Part shown: one piece after another, positions 19,158-29,436 of the stretch
How the letters are laid out: every line of letters starts with the position of its first letter
Numbering within the stretch: position 1 is the stretch's first letter
Source: Gemmatimonadota bacterium
GTDB lineage: Bacteria > Gemmatimonadota > Gemmatimonadetes > Gemmatimonadales > GWC2-71-9
Direction: 5' to 3'
DNA length: 37,002 nucleotides
Assembly: GCA_041482775.1 (NCBI GenBank)
Contig: JBGPEJ010000003.1
Coordinates: forward strand, 1-37,002
Program-made: the position numbers and the translations under genes
The notes under the pieces: generated by a model
Told to the model about the DNA's origin: nothing
The model's input: only the letters and a program-made list of their open reading frames with translations
The model's database searches: none

Positions 19158-21826
19158 CCCCGGTTCCCGGGTTGCGCCGCTTGTTCCGGCTCGCCACCGG
19201 TCGCCCCGGTGATCCGCAAGAGATCGACGATGAGTTGGCGCTGCACCTCGACCTGCTGACGGAGGAGTTGGTCGAGGCCGGAATGAGCGGCGCCGCGGCT
19301 CGCGCCGAGGCGCTACGCCGCTTCGGTGATGTGCCGGCGATCCGCCGGTCGGTTCGGGTGGTCGACCGAGACAGGGAGCGAGCGATGTATCGTGCCGAGT
19401 GGTGGGACGCACTGGTGGGAGATGTACGCCACGCGTTGCGCGGTTTCCGGCGGAATCCCGGCTTTGCGCTCGGTACGGCGCTCACGCTCGGGCTCGGGAT
19501 CGGGCTCAACACCGCGATCTTTTCGGTATTCGACGGCGTGCTCCTCCGCCCGCTTCCCTACGCCGAGCCCGAGCGGCTGGTCCGCCTGTGGAGCAACAAG
19601 GTCGAGCGCGGCTTGCGTTTCTTCTCCGTTTCGGTTCCCGATTTTCAGGACTGGAGGGCTCGGAACCAGTCCTTTGGTGGAGTCGCCGCGTTCGAGCGGC
19701 AACAGGACTTGACGCTCGCCAGCGACGCCGGGCCGGAGCAGGTCCAGGGCGCGCGGGTCTCTGCCGAGATATTCACCCTGCTCGGTGCGGCCCCCGCACT
19801 CGGCCGCGTCTTTGGCGCCGCCGAGGATGTTCCCGGTGCGCCGGACCGGCCCGTCGTACTGAGCCAGTCGATCTGGCGCCGACTGGGGGCGGACCCGAAG
19901 CTGCTGGGCCGGACGCTCAATCTGAACGGCGAACCGTGGATCGTCATCGGCGTGATGCCCAAGGACTTCACCATCCCGGGCAATAGCGCTGAAGTGTGGA
20001 CTCCACTTGGACCCGGCGCCGTCAACTCCAATCGGGGCAATCGATACCTGCGGGTGCTGGCCCGCCTCAAGCCTGGAGTGACTCTCGAGGCGGCGCGGCA
20101 AGACATGACGACGCTCGCCCGGCGGATCGAAGCTCAAGACCCGGGCGACAACTCGGGGTGGTCGGTGACAGTCCTCGGGCTCACCGACGCTGTCGTGGGT
20201 GAAGACTTCCGCAAGGCGGTCACCATCCTGCTCGGCGCCGTCGGCATGGTGCTGCTGATCGCCTGCGGCAACGTCGCGACAATGGTGCTGGGTCGGAACA
20301 CCGCCCGAGCGCGAGAGCTCGCGGTACGCAGCGCGCTCGGCGCGGGCACCGCCCGGCTCGGTCGTCTGCTGCTCACCGAGGGGATTCTCCTGGGCGCGGT
20401 GGGCGGCGCGGTGGGCGTGGCGCTCGCCTTTGCGCTGGTGCGCCTACTGCATGTTCTGGAGCCGCCCAATCTGCCCCGGCTCGAGCAAGTCACCGTGAAT
20501 GGCGCCGTGCTCGCGGTGGCGGCACTGCTTTCGATCGGAAGCGGCCTGCTGTTCGGGTTGGTGCCGCTCCGCCGGGCGTCCCGCGCGTCGTTGACCGAGG
20601 CGCTCCGTGAGGGCGGCCGGGGCGTGTCGGGCGGACGGGCGCGGCAACGCACCCAGCGGATGCTGGTCGTCGCCGAGATGACGCTGGCGGTGCTGCTGCT
20701 CTCCGGCGCCGGCCTCCTGATCCGCAGCCTGGTCCGTCTGCAGCAGGTGGACCTCGGATTCAACGGTAGGAATGTTCTGGCCGTGAGTCTGGCCTTGCCG
20801 CCCGCGAAGTATGAAGGCGCCGAGCGCGTCGCCGGCTTCTACCACGGCCTGCTCGATCGGGTCCGCGTCCTCCCGGGCGTTCGCGCAGTGGCCGCCATCT
20901 CGGCGGCGCCGCTGCTCGGGCCGAATTCCGGAACGGTGTTCGTCGTCGATGGGCGTCCGGTGCCCGATCCCGCGGCGGTGCCCGATGCGGACTATCGTGC
21001 GGTCACCCCGGGGTATTTCAGGCTCCTGAACATCCCGCTGCTCTCCGGCCGTGATTTCACCGAGCAGGACGGTCCGGCCGGCCCGGGGGTTGTGGTGATC
21101 AGCTCCAGCACGGCGAGACGGTTCTGGCCCGGCGAAAACCCCATTGGGGCGCACCTTCGGATCGGCGATGTCGAGAAGGGACCGGTGACGGAGATCGTAG
21201 GCGTGGTCGGGGATGTGAGCCACCTTTCGATCGATGCGCCGGAGCGCCGTTTGATGCTTTACTTCCCGCTCCGCCGCACCGGCAATACCGCCATGACCGT
21301 GCTCTTGGCTGCCTCGGGCGATCCTGCCTGGCTGACAGCGCCATTCCGCCGGGAGGTGCTCGCAATGGATCCGAGTCTTCCGTTGAGCGCCGTCCGCACC
21401 ATGGATGAGATTGTGGAGGGCGCATTCTCTCAGCGGCGCTTCAACGTCGTCGTACTGGGCCTCTTTGCGCTCGCGGCCTTGGTCTTGGCGGGGATCGGGC
21501 TCTTCGGCGTGATGGCCTACGCAGTGAGCCAGCGCACCCACGAGCTCGGGGTGCGGCTGGCCCTGGGCGCTCAGCGGGCACGCGTCCTCCGGATGGTGCT
21601 GGGCGAATCGCTGCGCCTGGCGATCGTGGGCGTCGGGCTCGGTGTAGCTGGCGCGCTGTTGCTCAATCGAACCCTGGCCACGCTGCTCTTCGACATCAAG
21701 CCCAACGACCCCATCACGCTCCTCGCCGCCAGCGCCGTCCTGGTCGGGATCGCGCTGCTGGGAAGCTTCGTGCCGGCGCGCCGCGCCGCCCGAGTGGACC
21801 CGATGACCACCCTGCGCGAGGAGTAG
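19154..21826 (+). CDS. ADOP-family ABC permease with N-terminal permease-prefix domain
   Basis: ATGA overlap with PadR. Prefix EIDDELALHL…EALRRFGD, duplicated MacB/FtsX halves, VDPMTTLREE. Confidence 0.93.
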   Translation: MTPVPGLRRLFRLATGRPGDPQEIDDELALHLDLLTEELVEAGMSGAAARAEALRRFGDVPAIRRSVRVVDRDRERAMYRAEWWDALVGDVRHALRGFRRNPGFALGTALTLGLGIGLNTAIFSVFDGVLLRPLPYAEPERLVRLWSNKVERGLRFFSVSVPDFQDWRARNQSFGGVAAFERQQDLTLASDAGPEQVQGARVSAEIFTLLGAAPALGRVFGAAEDVPGAPDRPVVLSQSIWRRLGADPKLLGRTLNLNGEPWIVIGVMPKDFTIPGNSAEVWTPLGPGAVNSNRGNRYLRVLARLKPGVTLEAARQDMTTLARRIEAQDPGDNSGWSVTVLGLTDAVVGEDFRKAVTILLGAVGMVLLIACGNVATMVLGRNTARARELAVRSALGAGTARLGRLLLTEGILLGAVGGAVGVALAFALVRLLHVLEPPNLPRLEQVTVNGAVLAVAALLSIGSGLLFGLVPLRRASRASLTEALREGGRGVSGGRARQRTQRMLVVAEMTLAVLLLSGAGLLIRSLVRLQQVDLGFNGRNVLAVSLALPPAKYEGAERVAGFYHGLLDRVRVLPGVRAVAAISAAPLLGPNSGTVFVVDGRPVPDPAAVPDADYRAVTPGYFRLLNIPLLSGRDFTEQDGPAGPGVVVISSSTARRFWPGENPIGAHLRIGDVEKGPVTEIVGVVGDVSHLSIDAPERRLMLYFPLRRTGNTAMTVLLAASGDPAWLTAPFRREVLAMDPSLPLSAVRTMDEIVEGAFSQRRFNVVVLGLFALAALVLAGIGLFGVMAYAVSQRTHELGVRLALGAQRARVLRMVLGESLRLAIVGVGLGVAGALLLNRTLATLLFDIKPNDPITLLAASAVLVGIALLGSFVPARRAARVDPMTTLREE

Positions 21827-21830
21827 CCGG

Positions 21831-22130
21831 GTGGCGCTCCGCATCCGCGATCGCCTGTTCCGCCTGGCGTGGCGCTCTTCGCCGGAATTGCGCTGGTGCT
21901 GTCCGCCGCCGGGGCCGGCGCGGTGGTGGCGTTTGCCGTGGCACAGCGCACCAGGGAAATCGGCCTTCGCATTGCGGTGGGAGCGCCTCCCGCCACGCTG
22001 ACCCGCGAAGGCGTGGTCCGGGCGGCGCGGTGCGGTGGCCATCACGCTATCGGTCGCGCTGCTCGCGGCCTACCTGCCGGCGCGTCGGGCCCTTCGGGTG
22101 GATCCGCTGACTGCCCTTCGCGCGGAGTGA
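21831..22130 (+). pseudogene. Collapsed ADOP permease relic (N-terminal stub plus two C-terminal fragments)
   Basis: Three frames give VALRIRDRLFRLAWR, then ALFAGIALVL…AQRTREIGLRIAVGA, then AVAITLSVALLAAYLPARRALRVDPLTALRAE-stop. Confidence 0.8.
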
Positions 22131-22131
22131 T

Positions 22132-22455
22132 TCACGACCCCGCCTTGAGCGTCCACCGGCTGGTGTCCCGACGGTCCACCTTGTCCATCATCCGGTCGAA
22201 CGCCGCCTGCAGGTCGATCCCCTCCCGGTTGGCGATACAGATCAGCACGAAGAGGATGTCGGCAATCTCCATGGCCATGTCGCCGTCCGCTTCGTCCTGC
22301 TTCTTGGTCTTCTGGCCGAAGCGGTGGTTGATCTCCCGGGCCAGCTCGCCCACCTCTTCGGTCAGGCGCGCGAGGTTGGTCAGCGGATGGAAATACCCCT
22401 CTTGGAATTTCGAGATCCAGGAATCGACGCGGCGCTGGGACTCGGAGAGTGACAT
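22132..22455 (-). CDS. MazG-like nucleotide pyrophosphohydrolase (YpjD-like)
   Basis: GYFHPLTNLARLTEEVGELAREIN and EIADILF. ATG at 22455. Confidence 0.9.
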   Translation of the reverse strand: MSLSESQRRVDSWISKFQEGYFHPLTNLARLTEEVGELAREINHRFGQKTKKQDEADGDMAMEIADILFVLICIANREGIDLQAAFDRMMDKVDRRDTSRWTLKAGS

Positions 22456-22457
22456 GG

Positions 22458-22970
22458 CTAACCCAATGCCCGGATCAGGGCCTTGCAGAAATGCGGGAGA
22501 TCGGCCGGCGTCCGGCTGGTAATCAGGTTCCCGTCTACCACCACGGGCGAGTCCTCCCACAGCATGCCGGCATTCACCAGGTCATCCCGGATGGCTCCCA
22601 CACTGGTGCCCCGCCGCCCCTTCACGATTCCGGCCGAGATGGGAACCCAGCCGGCGTGGCAGATGAAGGCGACCGGCTTCCCCGCGAGGTGAATCTCCCG
22701 GGTGAGCTGGAGCACTCGGGCCGAGCGGCGGAGGATGTCGGGGGCGTACCCCCCGGGGATCACCAGCGCATGAAAGTCCTTCGCCTCCACTTCGTCCACC
22801 GTCGCATCGGTGGTGATAGGATAGCCGCGCTTCCCCTGATAGCTGCGTTCACCCAGCCCCGCCACCACGCACGACGCGCCCTCCTCCTCCAGGCGGATCT
22901 TGGGGTACCAGAGCTCCAGGTCCTCATAGAGCGGAGCGGCGAAGAACAGGATGTGTTTGCCGGAGAGCAT
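22458..22970 (-). CDS. PfpI/DJ-1 family protein (type 1 glutamine amidotransferase-like)
   Basis: YEDLE, LVIPGG, nucleophile elbow ICHAG, VVDGNLITSR. Confidence 0.92.
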   Translation of the reverse strand: MLSGKHILFFAAPLYEDLELWYPKIRLEEEGASCVVAGLGERSYQGKRGYPITTDATVDEVEAKDFHALVIPGGYAPDILRRSARVLQLTREIHLAGKPVAFICHAGWVPISAGIVKGRRGTSVGAIRDDLVNAGMLWEDSPVVVDGNLITSRTPADLPHFCKALIRALG

Positions 22971-23015
22971 AGGCGGCCGGGACGCAGGGTTTCGAGGTCG
23001 GATGGGGCTTTCAAG

Positions 23016-23021
23016 TATAAT
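23016..23021 (+). promoter_or_regulatory. -10 element of a probable leaderless transcript
   Basis: Perfect TATAAT 6 nt upstream of ATG 23028, in a GC-rich background, with no Shine-Dalgarno. Confidence 0.6.
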
Positions 23022-23027
23022 TCACTT

Positions 23028-23279
23028 ATGCGCCCTCGCGACCGAATCCTCGCCAACCTCGAGACCATCTACCGGGAATCCTTCGACCGCGCCAAAGCCG
23101 TGCAGGACACGGCGCGGATGGCCGAGCTCGACAACGCCTACATGCGCGACCAGCTGATGCTCGAAATCCTGCTCGACATCCGGGACCTCTTTGCCGTGGC
23201 CCCGGCGGCGCCGGTCAAGGGAACCAGCGCCATCGAGAAACTGGAGTCCTTGCGGCGGCTGGCGCAGTTCCGTCCTTGA
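23028..23279 (+). CDS. Small helical hypothetical protein (83 aa)
   Basis: MRPRDRILANLETIYRE…DQLMLEILLDIRD; amphipathic helices, promoter directly upstream. Confidence 0.75.
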   Translation: MRPRDRILANLETIYRESFDRAKAVQDTARMAELDNAYMRDQLMLEILLDIRDLFAVAPAAPVKGTSAIEKLESLRRLAQFRP

Positions 23280-23341
23280 CCGCTCCGCCGATCCCTCGGC
23301 AGCCGCTGGTCCGGCGCAGCGTCGCGGAGTAGGTTGCCACG

Positions 23342-24988
23342 ATGCGTATCCATTCCGCGGTGATCCTCTCCTCCCTGATCCTGGCATGCTCCGGTGGGCC
23401 GCGGGCCGACCTCGTCGTGTACGGCCGGGTCTGGACCGGAGACCCCGCCCGGCCCTGGGCCGGCGCGGTCGCGATCAAGGGCGACACCATCGTCGCGGTG
23501 GGCGACAGCGCGGAGGTGGCCCCGCTCGTCGGATCGGGAACCCGACAGGTAGGGCCGGCCGGCAACTTCGTGGCGCCGGGTTTCATGGATGGTCACGTCC
23601 ATCTTCTCGGTGGCGGGTTCCAGCTGGCCGGCGTCGATCTCCGCGACGCGACCACTCCCGAAGAATTCACCCGCCGCCTCAAGGCGTTCGCGGCGACGCT
23701 CAAGTCGGGGGAATGGATCACCGGCGGCGATTGGGACCATGAGAAGTGGGCCGGGGCACCACTTCCCGACCGGAGCTGGATCGATTCGGTGACCCCCCGG
23801 AACCCGGTCTTCGTGAGCCGGCTGGACGGCCACATGGCGCTGGCGAATTCGCTGGCGCTCGCTGCCGGAAGGCTCGACCGGGGCGCCAAGGACATTCCCG
23901 GCGGTACCATCGTGCGGCGGAAGAGCGGGGAGTTGACCGGCATCCTCAAGGACGAGGCCATGGGTCCGGTTTCCGCCGTGATTCCCGATCCCTCCCCCTC
24001 CCAGCTCGATTCCGCCCTGACTCGCGCCCTGCGCCACGCCGCGTCCCTCGGCGTGGTGGGCATCTCCAGCGTCAGCACCGGATGGAACGATATCGCCGCG
24101 CTGCAGCGCGTCCGCGCCCGCGGGGCCCTCACCCTCCGGGTCTCCAACTACATCGGCCTGGGCGCCTGGCGCTCGATGGCCGATTCGGTCACCGCCCACG
24201 GCGTGGGCGACCAGTGGATCCGCACCGCCGGCGTCAAAGGCTTCGTCGATGGCTCGCTCGGCTCCACCACCGCGCTGATGTTCCTGCCGTATCGCGATGC
24301 ACCGGCCACGCGCGGGCTCATGGTCACCCCGGAGGATTCGTTGCGGCGCTGGATCGGCGCCGCCGACTCGGCCGGGCTCCAGGTGGCGGTACATGCCATC
24401 GGTGATCGAGCCAACGCGCTGCTGCTCGATATCTACGACAGCGTCGCCAAGGCGCACGGTACCCGGGACCGACGCTTCCGGATCGAGCATGCCCAGCACC
24501 TTCGCGCCGGTGATATCGCCCGGTTCGGCGAGCTCGGGGTGATCCCTTCGATGCAGCCCTATCACGCGGCCGACGACGGGCGCTGGGCCGCCAAGCGGAT
24601 TGGTCCCGATCTCATCCGGAACACCTATGCGTTCCGGACCCTCCTTGACCGGGGGGCCCATTTGGCCTTCGGCTCGGACTGGACCGTCGCGCCGCTCGAT
24701 CCGCTGGTGGGAATCGAGGCCGCGGTGACTCGCCAGACGCTGGATGGGAAGAATCCCGAGGGGTGGGTCCCGGAGCAGAAGATCACCGTCGAGGAAGCCC
24801 TGCGCGCCTACACCGCCGGCAATGCCTACGCGGTGTTCGCCGAGGGGCGCCGCGGCATCCTCAAGCCGGGGTATCTTGCCGATCTGGTGGTGCTGGATCG
24901 CGACCTCACCCGGATCCCTGCCGGCACCATCGATCAGGCCAAGGTTCGCCTGACCGTGGTCGCGGGGAGGGTGGTGTTTGAGCCCTAG
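23342..24988 (+). CDS. YtcJ-like metal-dependent amidohydrolase (amidohydro_3), probable lipoprotein
   Basis: Lipobox LILAC and motifs PGFMDGHVH, DGHMALANS, HAIGD, IEHAQ, GSDW, ADLVVL. Confidence 0.9.
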   Translation: MRIHSAVILSSLILACSGGPRADLVVYGRVWTGDPARPWAGAVAIKGDTIVAVGDSAEVAPLVGSGTRQVGPAGNFVAPGFMDGHVHLLGGGFQLAGVDLRDATTPEEFTRRLKAFAATLKSGEWITGGDWDHEKWAGAPLPDRSWIDSVTPRNPVFVSRLDGHMALANSLALAAGRLDRGAKDIPGGTIVRRKSGELTGILKDEAMGPVSAVIPDPSPSQLDSALTRALRHAASLGVVGISSVSTGWNDIAALQRVRARGALTLRVSNYIGLGAWRSMADSVTAHGVGDQWIRTAGVKGFVDGSLGSTTALMFLPYRDAPATRGLMVTPEDSLRRWIGAADSAGLQVAVHAIGDRANALLLDIYDSVAKAHGTRDRRFRIEHAQHLRAGDIARFGELGVIPSMQPYHAADDGRWAAKRIGPDLIRNTYAFRTLLDRGAHLAFGSDWTVAPLDPLVGIEAAVTRQTLDGKNPEGWVPEQKITVEEALRAYTAGNAYAVFAEGRRGILKPGYLADLVVLDRDLTRIPAGTIDQAKVRLTVVAGRVVFEP

Positions 24989-25005
24989 GGCTCGCGGCCA
25001 CGGAA

Positions 25006-25100
25006 TAGGGGACTAGGGGAACCTCCCCTGGAGATGGTATTTTCCGTGCTCCGGAGTGTGCCGGCTCCGTGGCTCCCTGGCCCCCTAGCCCCTGGCCCCT
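25006..25100. repeat. Inverted G-rich/C-rich 7-8-mer arrays without an intact enclosed gene
   Basis: TAGGGGAC-TAGGGGA on the left; cggctccg-tggctccc-tggccccc-tagcccc-tggcccc on the right, including the exact TGGCTCCC unit seen at 13894-13909. Confidence 0.6.
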
Positions 25101-25106
25101 CACGCA

Positions 25107-27239
25107 ATGGCCACTCGCCCTGCCCCGACATCCAAGGTCCGGCCCAGCGCCCGCCTCGAGAAGGGGGATCTTCTCGAGATGTACCGGCTGATGGTGCTCT
25201 CCCGGCGTCTGGACGACAAGGAAATCCAGCTCAAGCGTCAGAATAAGACCTTCTTCCAGATTTCCGGCGCGGGCCACGAGGCGGTCCTGGTGGCCGCCGC
25301 GAAGGTCTTTCGTCCCGCGTACGACTGGTTCTACACCTACTATCGGGATCGCGCCCTCTGCCTCGGCCTCGGCATGACCGCCACCGAGCAACTCCTCTCC
25401 GCCGTGGGCGCCGCCGACGATCCCAACTCGGGCGGCCGCCAGATGCCGTCCCATTGGGGCCACAAAGACCTCAACATCGTCTCCGCCTCGAGCCCCACCG
25501 GGACCCAGTTTCTCCAGGCCGTGGGCGCCGCCGAGGCGTGGCTCCGCTACTCCCAGAACGCCGAAATCGCCGATCGCGACGAGCGCATCAGGGGCGACGA
25601 GGTCGTGTTCGTTTCCGCCGGCGACGGCACCACCAGCGAAGGAGAATTCTGGGAGTCGCTCAGCACCGCGTGCAATCTGAAGCTGCCGGTGGTCTATCTC
25701 ATCGAGGACAACGGCTACGCGATCTCGGTCCCGGTTGAGGTCAACACTCCCGGCGGCTCGATCTCGAAGTTGGTGACCGGCTTCCCCGGGCTGCTGATCC
25801 AGGAGGTGGACGGCTGCGATGCCCTCGCCTCCTATGACGTACTGAGCCGGGCGGTGGACTACGCCCGGGCGCGAAAAGGACCCGCGCTGGTGCACGCCAA
25901 GGTCATTCGGCCGTACAGCCATTCGTTCTCCGACGACGAGATCCACTACCGTCCCCCCACCGAGCGGGACGCCGATGCCGCACGCGATCCGGTGACCCGG
26001 TTCCCCAGGTACCTGCTCGAGCAGGGCGTTGCGACCGAAGCCGAGCTCGAGCGGATTCGAGTCCAGGTGGAAGAGGAGATCCAGATCGCCGCGGACACCG
26101 CGCTGGCGTCGCCACAACCGGCCGCCGCCACGATCTACGACTTCGTCTACTCACCCGATGTGGACCCAACTTCTGAGCAGTTCGACACCGAGGACGACCC
26201 GAGATTCACCGGGGAGCCCACCACGATGGTGGACCTGCTCAACTCCTGCATGAAAGACGAAATGGTGCGGGACCCCCGGATCATCGTCTTCGGGGAAGAC
26301 GTCGCCGACGTAACCCGCGAGGACTACCTCGGCCAGGTGAAGGGGAAGGGTGGGGTGTTCAAGGTGACGTGGGGCCTGCAGAAGCTCTTCGGCGGCCACC
26401 GGGTGTACAACTCGCCACTCGCCGAGGCCAACATTGTAGGACGGGCCATCGGGCTCGCCACCCGCGGACTCAAGCCGGTGGTCGAGATTCAGTTCTTCGA
26501 CTACATCTGGCCCGCCTACATGCAGCTCCGGGATGAGCTCGCGCTCCTCCGCTGGCGCTCCAACAACTCCTTCGCCGCCCCGCTCGTCGTCCGGGTCACC
26601 TACGGGGGCTACCTCAAGGGTGGCGCCCCGTACCATTCCCAGACCGGCGCCGCGGTGTTTACCGGACTGCCGGGACTCCGCGTGGTCTGTCCCGCTACCG
26701 CGCTCGACGCCAACGGTCTCCTTCGCACTGCCATCCGCTGCGAGGACCCGGTGCTCTTCCTCGAGCACAAGCACCTCTACCGCCAGACCTATAACAAGGC
26801 CCCGAACCCCGGCCCCAATTTCATGATTCCTCTGGGGAAGGCCAAGGTGGTCCGCGACGGCACCGATCTGACCGTCGTTACCTATGGGGCGGTGGTGCAG
26901 CGGACGCTGGTGGCCGCGAAGGAGCTGGAGGAGCGGACCGGCGCGAGCGCGGAGGTGATCGATCTCCGCTCGCTCTCACCGGTGGATTGGGAGGCGATCT
27001 ACGCCTCGGTGAGGAAGACCAGCCGGGTCATCGTGGCCTACGAGGATTCGCTGTCGTGGGGCTACGGGGCCGAGATTGCGGCGCGGATCGCCGATGAGGC
27101 GTTCAGCTGGCTCGACGCCCCGGTGCGCCGCGTGGCCTCGGCCGACACCTTCGTGGCCTACGCGCCCGAGCTCGAGGACGTGATCCTGCCGCAGAGCGAG
27201 GGGATCGCGAAGGCGATGGAGGAGCTGCTCCGCTTCTAA
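25107..27239 (+). CDS. 2-oxoacid dehydrogenase E1, fused alpha+beta subunits (branched-chain type likely)
   Basis: SGAGHEA, GRQMPSH, TPP motif GDGTTSEG…DNGY, beta-subunit [26 protein letters not shown]. Confidence 0.92.
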   Translation: MATRPAPTSKVRPSARLEKGDLLEMYRLMVLSRRLDDKEIQLKRQNKTFFQISGAGHEAVLVAAAKVFRPAYDWFYTYYRDRALCLGLGMTATEQLLSAVGAADDPNSGGRQMPSHWGHKDLNIVSASSPTGTQFLQAVGAAEAWLRYSQNAEIADRDERIRGDEVVFVSAGDGTTSEGEFWESLSTACNLKLPVVYLIEDNGYAISVPVEVNTPGGSISKLVTGFPGLLIQEVDGCDALASYDVLSRAVDYARARKGPALVHAKVIRPYSHSFSDDEIHYRPPTERDADAARDPVTRFPRYLLEQGVATEAELERIRVQVEEEIQIAADTALASPQPAAATIYDFVYSPDVDPTSEQFDTEDDPRFTGEPTTMVDLLNSCMKDEMVRDPRIIVFGEDVADVTREDYLGQVKGKGGVFKVTWGLQKLFGGHRVYNSPLAEANIVGRAIGLATRGLKPVVEIQFFDYIWPAYMQLRDELALLRWRSNNSFAAPLVVRVTYGGYLKGGAPYHSQTGAAVFTGLPGLRVVCPATALDANGLLRTAIRCEDPVLFLEHKHLYRQTYNKAPNPGPNFMIPLGKAKVVRDGTDLTVVTYGAVVQRTLVAAKELEERTGASAEVIDLRSLSPVDWEAIYASVRKTSRVIVAYEDSLSWGYGAEIAARIADEAFSWLDAPVRRVASADTFVAYAPELEDVILPQSEGIAKAMEELLRF

Positions 27240-28636
27240 TCTGCCGCGGGCATTTCGAAGACGAACACCGCTCCGCCCTCCGCGTCTCCCGGGGCCTCGT
27301 GGCGGACCGCGCCGCCGTGCCGCTCCGCGATCCACCGGGCGATCGCGAGCCCGAGACCACTCCCCGGCGCCGGGGTGTCACCCCGGGCGAACCGCCGGAA
27401 GATCCGCTCCCTCGCTTCGGGAGCCACCCCCGGACCCCAGTCCCGAACTCGCACCCAGGCCCGGCCGTTCCCCGGGCCGTCCGGGTGAACCCCGGCGCTG
27501 ACCGCGATCGGCGAGGGCGCCGCGTGGAGCAGCGCGTTCTCCAGCAGCCCGACCAGGGCGCGCTCGACCAGTTGTCGGTTACCCGAAACCGGAGCCGCTT
27601 CGAACTCCTCGAGCCGGATGGCACGTCCCTGGGCCACCGGCAGACGGCGTACCCGGACCAGGGCCTTCGACGCCGCGTCATCGAGAAAGAACCGTTCGGC
27701 CATGGCGCCCCGTTCGCCCGCCTGGCCGCGCGCCAGGAGCAGCAGGTCGGCCACGACCGATCCCATACGCTCCGCTTCGCTGGCGATGAGCTGAAGCGCG
27801 TCGGTGTCGCGGGCCGGATCCCGAGGAGCCGCCAGCGCCGCATCGGCTTCGCTCAGGACGATGGCGATCGGAGTGCGCAGCTCGTGGGCGGCGTCCGCCA
27901 GAAACGAGCGCTCGCGGCGGAGCGCCTCGCTCAGACGGGCCAGCAGCCGGTTGAACTCGGTGGTGAGCTCGCCCACTTCATCGGGCACCGTACTTCCCGG
28001 CAGCGGCGGAAAATCGATCTCTCCGGCCTCCATCAGCTGGCCGGTGCGCTTGGCGGCCTCGGCGATCTGCCCGACCGGGCTCAGCGCGGGCCGCGCCGCG
28101 AGCACCCCGACCCCGGCGCTCGCGACCAGCAGGAGCGGAAGGCCGAGAAACAGCACCAGCTGGAGCGCGCGGCGCTGCCGCTGGATCGGCGCGAGCGAAA
28201 TCCCCACCAGCAGGTGGACGCCTTCCGGGAGCTCCCCGCTCTGGACTCGCGCCAGCCCCGACTGGGTTTGTACCGTGAGGGGGAGCTCGATCCTCCTGGC
28301 GCCCAAGCCGTCCAGCTCCGGCGCCCCGGAGTAGCGCCGGGTCTGTGCCAGGATCCGGCCGTCGGAACTGAAGGCCATCATCGCCCGATCGGCGTAGATC
28401 AGCTCGGTCATCACGTGGGCGGTGGTGGCCGCCATGCTGGGGAATTCCGGCCGGTCCAGCAAGTAGAGCTCCCGCGCCGCCTCGATGGTCCCGCCGAGGG
28501 TGCGGTCCACGTCGGCCCGGTAGCTCCGCTCGACGATCACCACCAGCAGGATCCCGCCGGCGGCGAGCAGCGCGCCGAACCAGACCAGGTACACCGCCGC
28601 GAGCCGGAATCGGAGGCCGCGGAGCGGGTATCTCAA
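27236..28636 (-). CDS. Sensor histidine kinase (OmpR-partner, HAMP)
   Basis: Two TM helices, [39 protein letters not shown] overlap with the regulator. Confidence 0.92.
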   Translation of the reverse strand: MRYPLRGLRFRLAAVYLVWFGALLAAGGILLVVIVERSYRADVDRTLGGTIEAARELYLLDRPEFPSMAATTAHVMTELIYADRAMMAFSSDGRILAQTRRYSGAPELDGLGARRIELPLTVQTQSGLARVQSGELPEGVHLLVGISLAPIQRQRRALQLVLFLGLPLLLVASAGVGVLAARPALSPVGQIAEAAKRTGQLMEAGEIDFPPLPGSTVPDEVGELTTEFNRLLARLSEALRRERSFLADAAHELRTPIAIVLSEADAALAAPRDPARDTDALQLIASEAERMGSVVADLLLLARGQAGERGAMAERFFLDDAASKALVRVRRLPVAQGRAIRLEEFEAAPVSGNRQLVERALVGLLENALLHAAPSPIAVSAGVHPDGPGNGRAWVRVRDWGPGVAPEARERIFRRFARGDTPAPGSGLGLAIARWIAERHGGAVRHEAPGDAEGGAVFVFEMPAAD

Positions 28637-29316
28637 GCGACCTCGCGACGCACGCCGAGGGAGTAGCCCGCCCCGCGGATGGTGTGGATCAGCGACGCCC
28701 GCCCCGGGCCGTCGATCTTCTTCCGCAGCCGGGCAATGTAGACGTCGATGACGTTGGAGAAGGCGTCGTAGCTCTCGTCCCAGACGTGCGCGCTGATCTG
28801 GCTCCGCCCGCAGACCTCTCCCGGATGGCGGGCGAGGTATTCGAGCAGCGCATATTCGGTGGTGGTGAGTTCCACCCGCCGGCCGGCCCGTTCCGCGGTC
28901 CGTGCCCCGGTATCGATCGAGAGATCAAGGACCGTGATGGTCTCCGGCCGGAGCTCGGGGGTGCGCCGCGCCAGCGCCCGGAGCCGGGCCAGCAGCTCCT
29001 CCAGCGCGAAGGGCTTGACCAGGTAGTCGTCGGCGCCGTGATCGAGCCCCCGGACCCGGTCTTCCACTGCGTCCCGTGCCGTGAGCATGAGGATCGGAAC
29101 CCGCTGGCCCGCGGTGCGGAGCTCCCGGGCCAGGTCGAATCCGGAGCCGTCCGGGAGCATGACGTCGAGCACCACCGCGTCGTATGACCCCTGCGCCAGC
29201 TTGGCACGCGCCATCACGAGCGTATCCGCAAGATCCACCGCATGCGCCGCCTGCCGCAGCCCCTTCGCGACCGACGCTGCAAGGCGCCCCTCATCCTCCA
29301 CCACCAACACCCGCAT
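28633..29316 (-). CDS. OmpR/CusR-family response regulator
   Basis: MRVLVVEDE, LDVMLP, MLTARD, GADDYLVKPF, winged helix NVIDVYIARLRKK…TIRGAGY. Confidence 0.95.
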   Translation of the reverse strand: MRVLVVEDEGRLAASVAKGLRQAAHAVDLADTLVMARAKLAQGSYDAVVLDVMLPDGSGFDLARELRTAGQRVPILMLTARDAVEDRVRGLDHGADDYLVKPFALEELLARLRALARRTPELRPETITVLDLSIDTGARTAERAGRRVELTTTEYALLEYLARHPGEVCGRSQISAHVWDESYDAFSNVIDVYIARLRKKIDGPGRASLIHTIRGAGYSLGVRREVA

Positions 29317-29386
29317 TCGATCGCTCCCCCCGGGAAACCACTCAAGTTTGCCCGGCGAGGGAGAGCCGGTCAACGGCCCCGGGCCC

Positions 29387-29413
29387 TTCACCTTTCTTTC
29401 ATGACTCCTGCAT
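29387..29413 (-). promoter_or_regulatory. Candidate OmpR-type tandem binding boxes
   Basis: TTCAC (29387), TTCAT (29398), TGCAT (29409): three direct repeats at an exact 11-bp period, upstream of the response regulator. Confidence 0.5.
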
Positions 29414-29436
29414 GACGAACGCGGATTCGGCGCGCG

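Noticed and set aside
21869-22522. 217-aa ORF as an intact permease
   Set aside because: Similarity to ADOP stops after about 55 residues; the rest runs antisense through the MazG-like gene.
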